Shown in pieces: positions 1 through 11,799 of a DNA stretch of 64,000 bases (position 1 is the stretch's first letter; each line of letters starts with the position of its first letter). This DNA is from Macrostomum lignano. Taxonomy: Eukaryota. A model generated the notes under the pieces. That model was not told where the DNA came from. It ran no database searches and was given only the letters and a program-made list of their open reading frames with translations. Location: positions 62,001 through 126,000 of the forward strand of contig NIVC01000421.1 of assembly GCA_002269645.1 (NCBI GenBank), in the 5' to 3' direction. Position numbers and translations under genes: made by a program.

Positions 1-12
1 TTTGTCGAAGAA

Positions 13-2307
13 ATGTCAGAGCCAGAACGGACAAACGAGGAGCCACTTGATGATCCGGCAGATGATCCCGAGCCCGCTGGGATGGGTGCTGCATTGTATC
101 CCGAGTGCCGATCGACTAAATTACAGTGCGCTATCATCTTGGCCGAGTGTTCAGCGAGGTTGGGACTGTCTCGGGCTGAGACCAGCGATTGGCTCCGAGC
201 CAGCGAATGTCTGCTTCCACCGGGCACAACATCGTTTAAGAGCAGCTACGACCTCTGGTGGCACTTCCCTCGGCCTCGCATCAGCCAGAAGTTCATTTAC
301 TGCAGTGAGTGCAGCAATGAGCTGGAAGAAGGATTAGCCTGTCAATCATGTGACGCGACAACAAAGATTGACTTCATGGTCTTTGACATTCGGCAACAAC
401 TGCGTGCTGTTTTACAATCTAATGTTCATGAGTGCATCACGTTCCCCATTGACTGCACTGCCGATGGCTCCCATAGTTCGATGGCGAACAGTACCATGTA
501 CCGTTCACTGATTGATCGATTTGGCAGGGAGCGTCTGGAGCGTAAGACTGACCTGACGTATTCTCTGTCTATGGATGCGTTCCCATTGTTTTCAACTAGT
601 CCCTTCAGCATCACACCTGTGTATCTCACCATAAATGAAATGCCACGTGACTTGCAGCTTACCAATTCAGTACTTGTGGGGCTGTGGTACGGCAACGGCA
701 AAAAGGCCAATTGCAATTTGTTCCTGCCAAAGGTAATTGATGCACTGAATTCGATTGCAGAAGTTGGCTTCATTGTGGTACGCGAGGGAATTGAGCAACG
801 TATGTATATGCACCCATTGAAGTTTCTGATGGACGCCCCTCAGCGTGCGGATGCTTTAAAGCTGCAGCAGTTCAATGGGATGCATGGGTGCGACAACTGC
901 TACCATCAGTCTTTCCCTATTCCAGGACGAGAGGCAGCTCGATATTACCCTGTGCACTGCCCTGTCGAAGCAGAGATTTGCTCAACGCTTCTTGACTATG
1001 GATGCCAACCGCAAAAGAATTTGCTACGCTCTGCATCGGACACCTTCCAGTTGGCCGAGTCTGTGAGTGAGCAGCGCATGCGGCAGCCGCTCCTCGGCGT
1101 GAAGGGATTATCTTGCTTGAGCCAATTACGAGGCTTCGATTTTATTGTACAAACCCCGCCCTGTTCGTTGCACGCGCTTTATCTGGGTCTGCAGCGCTGG
1201 CTCATGCGCGTGCTGTTCCTGCCATCAACAGACAAAGAGCGCCCTAAGTTGCAGCGCTTTGACAGCCCAAATTTGCACCACATCCTCACAGAGGTAGACG
1301 TTGCTGTCAAAGCCGTCGTGCTGCCGAGTGCTGCGGTCCAACGCACCCCGGCGCGTTCGCTGTGTGACCTTGAGCATTTCAGGGGTCACGAGTACCAAGT
1401 CTGGCTGTTAGTTCTTGGACCACTGGTTCTTCGTCTCTATGTTGACGACATTCTGTACGACGCCGTCGTGATGCTCTCCAGTGCCTGTTATTGGCTCACA
1501 CTGCCTGGAGCTCCACAGATGGAAGTGGAACGCGCGCAACATTCCCTAAGTGTTGCACAGGATCTGTTCAAGCGTCACTTCGGCGAGTCGTTTCTCACGT
1601 ACAACTCTCATCAAGTTTTCCACCATCTAGTTGCCGCTGTGATCAACTTCGGGCCACTGGGGGATCTGAGCGCAGGAATTTACGAAACATGCCACCAGAG
1701 GCTGCGATCGATGATTCATGGATGCCAAAAAATGGACGTAGAAATTCGAAACAGAATCAGTCGGCGACTAGGCATGCTGCAGCTGAAAGAGACACTACCT
1801 GCAGAGATGAGGCTGCAAATCCGTGAAGCGCAACGGCGCCCGGTACGGAAGACTGCGGCAGGAATTGAATTTTCCGGTGCGAACCCTGCCAAACTGGTTA
1901 AAGCTATCATTCCAACTTCAATGGGGCGCTTGCAAGTCCAATGCTTCCGTAGGGATCGTAGAATCCGGCCATCAAATGCATTCTTGCAATTCAAACACCC
2001 AGTTAACGGTGGCAATGCCTACGGTCGAGTTGAATGCATCAGCCTACAGAACGACGAAATTATTCTGACGCTCAAGGTCCTTCCGACAGTTGCACTTGCT
2101 GACTGTGACCCATCGCAGAAGTACGACGCTGAACATCAGGGCTGCACTGTTGGACATATTCGTGACTTCCATGCCGATGTGAACCCATTTGATGCAGAGG
2201 GTGAAGGGGAAGTCGTGCTCATTGCTGCCACTGCCATTACGGCTCATTGCGCTGTCACTCGTCGGCAGCTGGCTATTCTGCCCTGTATTCAGTCTGCATC
2301 ATCGTAA
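13..2307 (+). CDS. CACTA/EnSpm (CMC superfamily) DDE transposase, 764 aa, uninterrupted
   Basis: Single long ORF with an N-terminal CxxC...CxxC (YCSECS...CQSC). Family-type motifs: SMDAFPLF (D1), ITPVYLTINEMP, VLVGLWYG, LMDAPQRA...QFNGMHGCDNC (D2 + CxxC), CSLHALYLG, FRGHEYQVWLL, YNSHQVFHH...FGPLGDLSAGIYET (E). Recognised from memory of animal CMC transposases; no HMM run. Confidence 0.85.
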   Translation: MSEPERTNEEPLDDPADDPEPAGMGAALYPECRSTKLQCAIILAECSARLGLSRAETSDWLRASECLLPPGTTSFKSSYDLWWHFPRPRISQKFIYCSECSNELEEGLACQSCDATTKIDFMVFDIRQQLRAVLQSNVHECITFPIDCTADGSHSSMANSTMYRSLIDRFGRERLERKTDLTYSLSMDAFPLFSTSPFSITPVYLTINEMPRDLQLTNSVLVGLWYGNGKKANCNLFLPKVIDALNSIAEVGFIVVREGIEQRMYMHPLKFLMDAPQRADALKLQQFNGMHGCDNCYHQSFPIPGREAARYYPVHCPVEAEICSTLLDYGCQPQKNLLRSASDTFQLAESVSEQRMRQPLLGVKGLSCLSQLRGFDFIVQTPPCSLHALYLGLQRWLMRVLFLPSTDKERPKLQRFDSPNLHHILTEVDVAVKAVVLPSAAVQRTPARSLCDLEHFRGHEYQVWLLVLGPLVLRLYVDDILYDAVVMLSSACYWLTLPGAPQMEVERAQHSLSVAQDLFKRHFGESFLTYNSHQVFHHLVAAVINFGPLGDLSAGIYETCHQRLRSMIHGCQKMDVEIRNRISRRLGMLQLKETLPAEMRLQIREAQRRPVRKTAAGIEFSGANPAKLVKAIIPTSMGRLQVQCFRRDRRIRPSNAFLQFKHPVNGGNAYGRVECISLQNDEIILTLKVLPTVALADCDPSQKYDAEHQGCTVGHIRDFHADVNPFDAEGEGEVVLIAATAITAHCAVTRRQLAILPCIQSASS

Positions 2308-3121
2308 AAGTATGCCAATTTGTGCCCGCTGGCTTTTCACCTCTATTGTGAAAAGAGATGAAATGGCCTACCACTCTCCATCTTAACCCATCCAACAAAA
2401 CGTAGCTGGCGGATGACGTTAATGGTTGCTTGGCGACGGTGGTTAAGGACAGATCATGGCCTTCGAGACCACGGGTGTGATAGCTTATTGAAAAACTATT
2501 TGAGCGAACTTTCTTGACAACCAATTTGGACAGATGCACAGACCCTACGGCTTTACTTCCAAACCCCTGTCATCGCGGTTCCCCCCGGGCCCCGCTCCCA
2601 AATCCCAGACGCCCCCCCCCCAAGTCACCCAAAGCTCTACTTTTCAACCGAGTCTATTCCCCTGATAGCTCATCGCTACAGTACCTGGTTGCCGCAGCAC
2701 ACGCCACCCGCACGCGTTTGAGGTCGCCAGCACCATAGACCGTCGCCAGCTATGCAACACATTTCATTTATTTGCTCTATTCAGTTATTTACTCATCTGT
2801 GTTAACTGCTTTGCTCACCCTTTGCTTATCGATTCGATTATTATTTATTTTCTTTTATTTCCTTGCATGCTAAAATAAAATCGTGCGTGTGCTAACCATG
2901 TGCAACTTTCAACCAAATTCTACGTTTGTTCATCCTTTATAAAGCACAATGTAGCTAGCTATATTAATGCGACAGCTGCAGGCGAAAATATGAAACTGAG
3001 GCTGGGGAAGTGTAGTCAATTATAGGAACTTTCGGGCAAATTAGTCGATATTTGGGCAGAGAAATCAATTACCCAGCTCAATCAATTATTCTCGGGATTT
3101 CCTTATTGCAGAAAGTGTACA

Positions 3122-4647
3122 ATGGAAAGCGCATTTGTTATCCAGCTGACACAAGGGTCGAAAGAAATTATGGCTGCCGCGATATCCTGCATAATCGTAG
3201 AGTCAACTGCAGCCACGAAAGTCTGCTATGGAACGAAAGCCTCCGTACAGCTTGGAGACAAACTGCACCAGTGCATGGTGCTTACCGAGGCGCTTCCGAC
3301 AACTGAGTTGGCAAGCTCCGTGGCCAGCACTATAAGCAAGGTGAGAAGCTTCTGTTAAATGATGTTGACATTACAATGCATGTATTCATATATGGATATT
3401 ATAATTGCATTATATAATTATAATATGCAATGCTCCTACGTTCATATAATCAGGTTTGCAGAACGAGCAGCAATGCCGGCCAGCCTACAAGACAGGTGCC
3501 TCTGCCACAACAGTGCAGGAGGTGCCAAGTGTTGGACGCGGAGGTGAAGCAGCTACGGACCGAACTCGACGAGTGCCACAGAGAGATGCGCAGGGAGCTC
3601 AGCGTGCTCGAAGAAATAAGCAGGCACAATCTCCTGGGCAAGGTCGATGACATCTGGAACGCTGTCAGATCAGGCTCGTCAGCTCAGGCTACAATATCAG
3701 GTGCCATTGACCTGCAACGTAGCCCATTGGACGGCAACAGAAACGACGCCGTGAACGAGGCTGTATGCACCACCGAGGCCAACACCATTGCTTTAAGCGA
3801 CCATCTCCCGGCGATCAGAATTCAGTGCAGTCTACTGACCGCGGCAACTGCAAAAGTCGTCGGGATGCCGGTTGCTAAGGCGTTAGACGCATTGACGCGA
3901 TCGCTTTTAGATGCTCTTGTCCCAGTAGAAGAGCGCCAGACTAAGTCATTGCTTCCTGTTTGTAAAGTTAAGTGTCAAACGATATATTCAACAAAAAAGT
4001 TTACGAGCGTACATGCACATTTTTTATTTCACACTGCAATTCCTACAACCATCCTTGCCAAAATTATCATCCCACCTTTCCCTAGAAACCAAACAAAGAA
4101 ATGCATTTCATAAACTTAAAATCAACCTTCAGGTGGAAACCCCGGCAGGAGTCCGCGCCTCGAGGATGTCATCGCTGACAGGGCATACGACCCTAGAGCT
4201 ACGGCGATTGCTGCATTCGTTATCAAGCAGCTGGATGGGGTCACCCTGGCCGACGGATTCAGGGCGGTGAGAAAAGTTCTCCGATACGATCGCAAGGCGA
4301 GAAGTCGAACGATACGGCTGCAGGCAGTTTCTGCTATACCTACATCCTCAGCTTCTGCTGCAGCTGCATCCTCAGCTTCTGCTGCAGCTGCATCGTCAGC
4401 TTCTGCTGCAGCTGCATCGTCAGCTTCTGCTGCAGCTGCATCGTCAGCTTCTGCTGCAGCTGCATCGTCAGCTTCTGCTGCAGCATCCTCGATGGCCCAG
4501 GCCAACTACTGCGAGTCGACAAAGCCCAAACATCCTCGACTGCTGCATACACAAATGGGCAACATTTCCCCAACGCCAACAAACGACAGCTTCACGACGT
4601 GCTTCAGCCAAATCGATGGAGAACTTATCAATATGATAGAATTGTGA
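3122..4647 (+). CDS. Transposon accessory protein (ORF2): coiled coil + BEN-domain-like region + Ser/Ala tail; predicted exons 3122-3340, 3454-3961, 4133-4647
   Basis: Phase-compatible splice sites: AAG|gtgaga ... atcag|GTT (phase 0); T|gtaaag ... ttcag|GT (phase 1). Spliced read gives heptad-like VLDAEVKQLRTELDECHREMRRELSVLEE, then LTRSLLDALVPVEERQTKSLLPVCGNPGRSPRLEDVIADRAYDPRATAIAAFVIKQ...FRAVRKVLRYDRK. Confidence 0.55.
4344..4487 (+). repeat. 24-bp tandem repeat (~6 copies) encoding SSASAAAA in ORF2
   Basis: Unit tcagcttctgctgcagctgcatc(g/c) repeated in frame. Confidence 0.9.
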
Positions 4648-7246
4648 GACAATTGATTTTTTACTAACAACTTTTTGCCTCTTATCGTTAAGTTATCACG
4701 AATTTAGTGCTGTTTGCAGCCACGCACTAATTGCTTTTTTGTTTTGTTTTTTTCTGTTTTTTCTTTTGTTCTTCATTTTTGCTTCTTTACATATACATAA
4801 CTGCTGTTCACATGGTGACCGCGGTCAGTGAAAGTCTGTGAAAGTAAAAAGCAATAGAAAAAATGGGGAAGCCAGATAAACTGAGAGCACAATCAGGGAT
4901 TTTTTCTTGCGTTTCACACATTTTGTGAATGTTGCGTTTACTGCCATTCTCATACATGTAGAGTTGTATTGCAATAGTTACGTCAATGTTTATTGAATTT
5001 TAAAAATCCTCTTCACAAGTGGCCACTGTTTCTAGAGTCACCCTCCACAAGGTTTTCAGCTGATTAAGCAAAGCGCGTATCCATTGTGAAAGTATACTAG
5101 CTGTAGATCCAGAAAATTTTTTCACATTGTCTTGAAATTACAAGTTCGCATGTATCTCCTCTTTGCAATCAATGTATGCTCGTGTATACTTTTTGAAAAG
5201 GTTTTAAGATGTGCGTAATTTACATGCGCACCACAAAAATATAAAACGATTGCTTTTGCCGTTACATAACAAAAAATTACGCAAAATTATGAAAATGCTA
5301 CTGCTATTTTATTAACAGTGATCTTGCATTGCATTGTTTGTCTTTTTAGACGGAAGGAGACGTTAATTATCTCTAATTTATAGCGCCTGCCTATGTACAT
5401 GATGCAAATTATAAACTGAGCGCGTAATCAAGTCGTGTTTGTGTACACATACAAGGGAAAATCATTTAGTTTGGAAAAAAATCTATGCAACTAAATTTAT
5501 AGTAGTACAAATTTCATACTTGCTACTGACGTTCAGTAGTTTGAATAGTATGCTGAACTGCTTTCTGTGCGCGTGCAAAATTCTGGGTCACTTTATGCCA
5601 CGTCGGCGCCGCGTTGCCAAGTTGGTGCCAAGTTCTTAACGGCTTCCGATTGGTTGGTCGTCGTGGCGCTAACCTGGCGCAGACTGAGCCGCTCAACCCG
5701 GCGCATCCACCAACATTTTTCCCAGCGGGGTTGCACAAAAAATTAGCGAAAACATTTTCAAATCGAAACCAATTTTGTCATTCAAGTTTTTTTTTGATAA
5801 ATTTTTAGTACTGAGAAAATTATTTATGCAATAATTATTTATTCGTCGTATTTTCTTACAATGCAAAAAATTAAAATGTTTTACTTTTTGTTAATACGTA
5901 AGAAACAACCCAAACCCGTATTTAGTTAGCGTCTTTTAATTAAGTGCCAATTGATCGTCAACATCTAATTCATCAACTCAACTAAGGTAAATTCGGTTTT
6001 CCTTACCATGCATTTTGACGAATACGGTTACCTGCCTATATACGCTATTGACTATTTTTAAACTAATTAACTGAAAAACAAAGCCTATTTAAGAAGATAC
6101 ACAAGAAAACGGATAGCAAATGGTTTATAGCTTGATATCTATTCATTCAAGCCGTTAAACCCACGGATTTAAAACGGCCACTGGTCAGATCGTCATATTT
6201 AAGGTGAATTAGGGCGGCGGTCAATTGTCTGGCGATGAAACTGCGGCGGTCAAATTGTGGCGGTCAATTGTCGGTAAGCTTGCGAGCATGATAGCGCACC
6301 AAAACTTGTCGTTATCTTTTGGCATAAAATTTATCGCTAAGTGAAGTTTACTTTTGGGTTAAGCCCTCTCGCATAAAAATTATAAATATTGAATATTGGA
6401 TATTACTGTAATATATACTGTTAAAATTGAATATTTAACATTTACTGTACGCTCTACTCTAATTTTTCACTATTTCTGGCTGAGACAATTTTGGTAACAA
6501 TTATAGTTTTAGCTAGTCTCGTTAACTGGCATAAACTGCAGTTTTTACACGGCCAAGTAAAGCTTGGAAAAAAGAAATCAAACAATTATTGCTTACAATT
6601 ATGGATGGATGGCATCTGAACTGCTGAAGAATGGCGAAACCCCGCAACCGATGAGGTCAGCTCCATGGGTGGGGTCGATTATCTCTCTGCTGAGATTCTT
6701 GTTCAACTGGTCCAACTATATCAACGCGACTTCTTACGAATGCTACAAAAACACAACCAACGGACTTTGCCGTTGCAAATCCGCCAACCGATTTTGCCTA
6801 ACTACCAAAAGTGTGGCGATTTGGTTCGCCGTCTTTCAGAAGTGTTTTCCACTGAAACATGAGTTTACAGCGTGAATATAGTCACTTATTATTGGCGCTG
6901 AAACCAGTTTCTATTGAAGTAAGGCTTCAAAGCAATTCGGAGGTAACAATTATAGAAGTTAAAAAACAGGTACAGCATAAGAAAACGATTGCTGCCTTTC
7001 AGCTGTCTGCATGTTAAAGGGCCCATCAAATTGAAATTGAGAACAAAATAGACGAGCATTTGGAATTTTTTATCCTTAATTTTTTGCCTTTATAACTACA
7101 TGTAACTGCTGTACATAGTAAGACTATTAATTAGTTTTATTATTTTGCGCAAACTGGGTTCTTTCACCACTTCTAAATATCCTGCAAGTCGCCTGACTTC
7201 AAATCTACATTTCATTGAGGATTTTTAAATCAGTGTGCAAATACAT

Positions 7247-7630
7247 CCCTAGAAGACATTGACTTGTTGATTCTAAGATATCTTATCTATCTTCTTGGGT
7301 TGCTGCTCAAGTACTTACAAGAACGTGCAAGATCTTCGCTATGATAATACTTAGGTAACTTACCAGATCTGGGCGACTTAGCTACATCGTACAAGGTCCT
7401 AACTTTTATATCTTTTTGTAGCTTCTAATCGCATATTTTATTAAATTTATTGTCCCATTTTGCCATAAAATAAAAAATAATAAAGCTAGAACACTTCCGT
7501 CAAATGAATGACAAACAAATTTACCTCCCTTCTTAGAAGATCGTGCAAGAACCGAACAGATCGAGAAGATCTGCTAAGAATGGCACAGAGACAAGATCTG
7601 CTAAGTTTGAGAAACAGACTCCTCCAAAAT
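7247..7630 (+). mobile_element. Truncated left end of an EnSpm-like element with AGATCT-rich subterminal repeats
   Basis: Starts ccctagaagacattgacttg, matching the reverse complement of the right terminus at 20899-20918 (ccctagatgacattggcttg). Followed by repeated aagatct/caagatct motifs. No matching right end found. Confidence 0.5.
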
Positions 7631-7992
7631 TCTCCTCCAGCAGTCGGGAGGATCAGTTTTGGATGCAGTGCAGTTTGAGCTCCTTTCATGGTCGAGATCG
7701 AGACAACCAGCAGTTCCGCCACTATGAAAATCCCCTCTCCCCCCGTTGATAGCACAGCTATGACACACTATGGCACATCTACTAGTGGTCCTTGCTATGA
7801 CACTTATCGTACCCTAATTTCTTTAGCCATACGCTTGTACATCCTGTGAAACATACCGGAAGTCGATGAGCGTCGCTGGCAAATGGGTTTATTTATCCGC
7901 CACCAATAATAAATAAAGGAGTTCCAACGTGTCAAATTTATTTTACACACTAGTAAACTGATCAATTGGAAGATTTCTATATGCTATTTGTA

Positions 7993-9792
7993 TTATTCAG
8001 GAGCCCGAGACATTTCCAGCCATTCGCAGCCGAGCTGCTCCAGCCTATTCTTGTGCCCGTTCCACAGTCGGTCGAGTGTGCTCCAACTACACGCGGTGGT
8101 CAGCAGGTAGTCATTGCCGGGGTCTCGGGCGTAGGAGTAGGCGCCCAGTGTGAGCGACTGCGCGAACCGGGTGGCAACCAGCAGAGGCAGGTGACGCAGC
8201 TCACACTCGGCCAGTTTAAATTCGGACGTGTAGCCTCGAATCAATGGCGGAACGACCAGACGAAACGGGTCTAAGGTCGGGTCGGTCTTGGCCTGGACAA
8301 AGCTGGTGTACATGATCAGCAGGGCCAGGTCGAATACCGCGTAGGCCCTGTGCGAGTCCTGCCAGTCCAGTAGGCCGGAGAACACTGGCGGATTGCCGTC
8401 AACCAGGATGTTGCTCTCGTTCGGGTCGCCGTGAATGAATGCTGAATATGTAATTTTAAAATACGAAAGACGTGTGTGTGTGTTTGTGTCGTGTTGCAGT
8501 GATTCACAATATTTTATACTTTAGTTTTATGCACCAGTAAACAATATGAATGTATGCATAAATGTGCTGGCGCCCCTGGTGCTAAAGCCCCTGGTGCTAA
8601 AGCCCCTGGCGCTAAAGACCCTGGTGCTAAAGCCCCTGGTGCTAAAGCCCCTGGCGCTAAAGCCCCTGGTGCTAAAGCCCCTGGTGCTAAAGCCCCTGGC
8701 GCTAAAGCCCCTGGTGCTAAAGCCCCTGGTGCTAAAGCCCCTGGTGCTAAAGCCCCTGGTGCTAAAGTGTAACAAAGCACCTTCGCAACGAAAAATACTG
8801 TTCACAGCACTGACAAAAGACTTAAAATTCCGGAATATACTCGGTTAAACTTCATGGTAGTAGTCAGAGACGGCTTTTATACAGGAATTGCAACTCACCC
8901 TTCGTGAACTGAGCTGTCGCTTCTGACCCTCCTCCGGCCGCTCCGACAACTACGCTGTTAAACTGAGCAACGATTTCGCGAACCATCCTCTGCCGAGCCT
9001 CGCCGTGCACGTATTGGACAAAGTCAACCAGCTTGGGCGCCGACAGTAGGCTCCACAGGTTGAGCTCGGCAGCATTGGCTCCGGGATCAGTCAGGAAGTG
9101 ACGCGTCAGATGCCAGTCAACTCGGCCGATCTCCTTGGCCACGCTCTCCAGCATGTCGGCTGTCAGAGGCAGCTCGCCTAGCGGCACACCTGGCAGGTAG
9201 GTCAACATCCGCACAGCGTGCCGCCTGTCCACCATCCGGCCGCTGGAGTCAGCCGGCGTCGTTAGCAACTTCTTGTCAACAATAGCGCCTGAGACAGTTT
9301 TCATCACCGACTGCACTTTTAGACCGGCCTCGGATAGCGACTGCATTAGTCTGCACTGCTGCTCTGCCGGTGGGCGATTTTATGCGGAATATTATCATTG
9401 GGTTAATGAGCAGTAAGTATCCTTGCGTTTACTTTCACTAGTTGTCACCGTCTGCTACTTCCTAGTTTCCACACGATCTTTCAAGTACGTGAATACTAAA
9501 TAGTCTTGTGCGCTCACTAACGATTCAGTAGCGACTTACCCAGAATATCGCCCTGCGACTCAAGACTGTTGGCAATCTTCAGTACGAAGCTGTGCGGCTC
9601 CTGAGCTGTCTCAACGCTGTCGCTGGTGTCGCCGATGAAGTTGCCAGTGACAAGAAAATTCCTGTCGTCGTAGCTAACCAACTCCTTGCAGGTGACAGCG
9701 TTGAAGTTGTACAGCTCTTGGCACAGTTTCACTGCTTGTTCTCGAGTAACCAAGGGCCGGATTATCTCGAAGTGCTGCTGCTCCCCCGTCAT
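7993..9792 (-). CDS. HYKK: Hydroxylysine kinase / aminoglycoside phosphotransferase-domain protein (AGPHD1-like); exons 9792-9540, 9363-8899, 8441-7993
   Basis: Motifs ELVSYDDRNF, FVLKIANS, VRMLTYLPG, Brenner motif FIHGDPNESNIL, GLLDWQDS, YAVFDLAL, RFAQSL, DPGNDYLL. Both introns are phase 1 with G|gtaagt and G|gtgagt donors and cag acceptors, joining into one frame. Confidence 0.88.
8568..8766. repeat. 15-bp minisatellite (gcccctggtgctaaa)n, ~13 copies, in HYKK intron 2
   Basis: Directly visible tandem array; same core as the array at 60666-61277 on the opposite strand. Confidence 0.95.
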
Positions 9793-11104
9793 CGTTTCGT
9801 TTTATAAGAGGATTAACAAAGTGTGCTCTGAGCAACCTAATGCAATATCTCGCGAATGGAGAGAAGCTGATTGAGTTAATCACCAAGGATCTAAAATAAC
9901 CTACTTACTGACTTTATATGCTAGCGGAGGACACTCCAGCGTTGGCAGTGAAGTGCCTCTGCAGGGGTCTCTTTGAGTTCGCAAGAAAAGGCTAGCAAAA
10001 GAAGTGCTCCAAAATTAGCTTCACTTTGGCTGACTGGTAATACTCTCTTTCGGTCGAATTTTCGGGCCTCTTTCGGTAATCCTCTTTGCTTAGATAATTA
10101 ACTTTACAGACTTCTCGTTGGTGTAATCTAATCGGTGGGCTAGAGACTTTTGGAGCTAAATGTGTTCTATTTTTGTCTTCTATTTCAGTAGCAGAGAACG
10201 GGGTTATAATAGAGCAGTGCTCACGAATACGTGAAGGTGAAGTATACGCTCGTATTATCTAAGACAATTCTGGAATAAATTTCTTTGAATTGCGCTGTGC
10301 ATTCAATATATGTATCTATAGGTGGCTATATGTAAAGATTTATATCTAGGGCAAGCTGGTGGGCCAAGACGCAGTGGGGTCCCATACAGACACACACTGC
10401 AGTCACTTTGCTGCTATACAGAAAATTCTCTCTCCATGCAGCTTGCCAGGACATGCCATTGGGCAATGAAAGAGCGTACACGTACACTTATGGGTACTGC
10501 ATGCTGTCATTTCTCTCTCCCCCCACTGCTCCCCCTCCTCGGTTCGGCACCCCAGCTTGCACTGCCGCTCACTCAATGCTCTGACTGACATATGGAGCTT
10601 TCAGCTATAGCTGGCTTGCAAAAATTCAGTGGGAAGAGACGCACGGGAGGCTACCTAATCTGCAATTCGATTTGAGGACGTTCTTATGTATCAAAAGCAC
10701 AGACTGGATCCTGATTCCAGTTTAAATCGACCATTTCTTTTCTGTCGCTAACCATTTTATTCATCGGCAAGAAAAAAAGACCGGTTATTCTTTTTTCCAA
10801 AAGAAGTGCTGAGAAAATCAGCATTTGCTGCTGTCAATCAAAGTTTACCGCTTCCTAAATAAAAGACTGATGACCTCTAGAATTTGGAGATCGGCTTTGT
10901 TTTGTTTGGCAGCAGATTGTGAAGCTTTGATTGCTGGACAAAGTCGGCTAGAGCTTTTTCTGCTTTCCAATACGAAAAGAATTGTCACGCGCGAAGGAAT
11001 CTTAGATTCAGTGCCGTGTGGGATTCAGAAGAAACCGTCCTTTTTGATTGTACTAAGAATTTTTACCTCAAAGGCCAATAAGGGAATCTAGCGAGCCATG
11101 ACTG

Positions 11105-11205
11105 CGAGCGAGAGGAGATGGAATAGAGGAGAAGAGAGGAGAAGAGAGAGAAGATAAGAGAGAAGAGAGAAGGGAGATGAGATGAGAGAGACGAAGGCGG
11201 AGAAG
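11105..11205. repeat. Purine-rich low-complexity (GAGAA/GAGAT-like) tract
   Basis: gagaagagaggagaagagagag... visible. Confidence 0.8.
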
Positions 11206-11282
11206 AGACACAAATCTTGAGATGGCTGGATTGTTATTGTGAAGTTTCAAAGGACCCGCGGGTCGGATAGAGAGGCTTTAAT

Positions 11283-11322
11283 GACCGCATGTGGCCCGCG
11301 GGCCGGAGTTTACCTACCCATG
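11283..11322 (-). mobile_element. Terminal inverted repeat of a hAT/Charlie-type element (remnant)
   Basis: Reverse complement reads catgggtaggtaaactccggcccgcgggccacatgcggtc, close to the well-known Charlie-type terminus CAGGGGTxGGCAAACTxCGGCCCGCGGGCC. Partner end not found. Confidence 0.55.
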
Positions 11323-11490
11323 CGTTACACGCTACTCATTTGCACTAATTTGGCTACTAGTTTTTTTATAAAAGTGAGTAGTATGTTTGCCTATAGTAGA
11401 CTAAGTCCGCGGATTTGATACTGTAGAATTTGGTAAAATTTGGTAATAAAAACTGCATCTGTAAGAGCAAACCCCAAGGTACAGAGGGGG

Positions 11491-11670
11491 CATCACAAAC
11501 CCGAAAAATTACAACTCCGAGAAGCGCTTTCGATCATAAACCCGAAATATCATGCCTCCAAAAACCAAAATATCAGATAGCATGGACACTGCTAGAACTT
11601 TCGGAGTTATGGAAATTTGGGTTTATGATAGGACGTGCTTTCGGAGTGGTGACTTTTCGGGTGTATGATG
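11491..11670. mobile_element. Fold-back/MITE-like element with ~72-bp imperfect inverted arms
   Basis: catcacaaacccgaaaaattacaactccgagaagcgctttcgatcataaacccg... pairs with ...tgggtttatgataggacgtgctttcggagtggtgacttttcgggtgtatgatg. Confidence 0.6.
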
Positions 11671-11799
11671 TCGACACGGTAAAGAGAGTGTGTACATGCG
11701 TGAGAAAGTATGAGCCACTGCTCACTGTGTGAGCGTGTGCAAGATCAGGAATTAGGGGGGGGCGCTTTCTCAAGACCTAAATCTCACATCAAAAGAGTC

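Larger units (their letters stand above)
1..4647 (+). mobile_element. Internal part of an autonomous-looking CMC/EnSpm-type DNA transposon (transposase + second gene); termini not resolved
   Basis: Transposase followed on the same strand by a spliced accessory ORF, the usual two-gene layout of CACTA-type elements. Left end lies outside the window; no convincing right TIR found. Confidence 0.6.

Noticed and set aside
2273-2539. Minus-strand ORF with VVGHFISF resembling a protease His box
   Set aside because: Only a few residues match, there is no Cys box, and it overlaps the transposase 3' end on the opposite strand.
5439-5815. Right terminus of the first CMC element
   Set aside because: No CACT-, CCC- or other terminal motif with supporting subterminal repeats could be fixed, and the left end is outside the window.
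6564-6875. Fragment GGVDYLSAEIL resembling a non-LTR reverse transcriptase motif
   Set aside because: A single weak motif with no other RT motifs in any frame.
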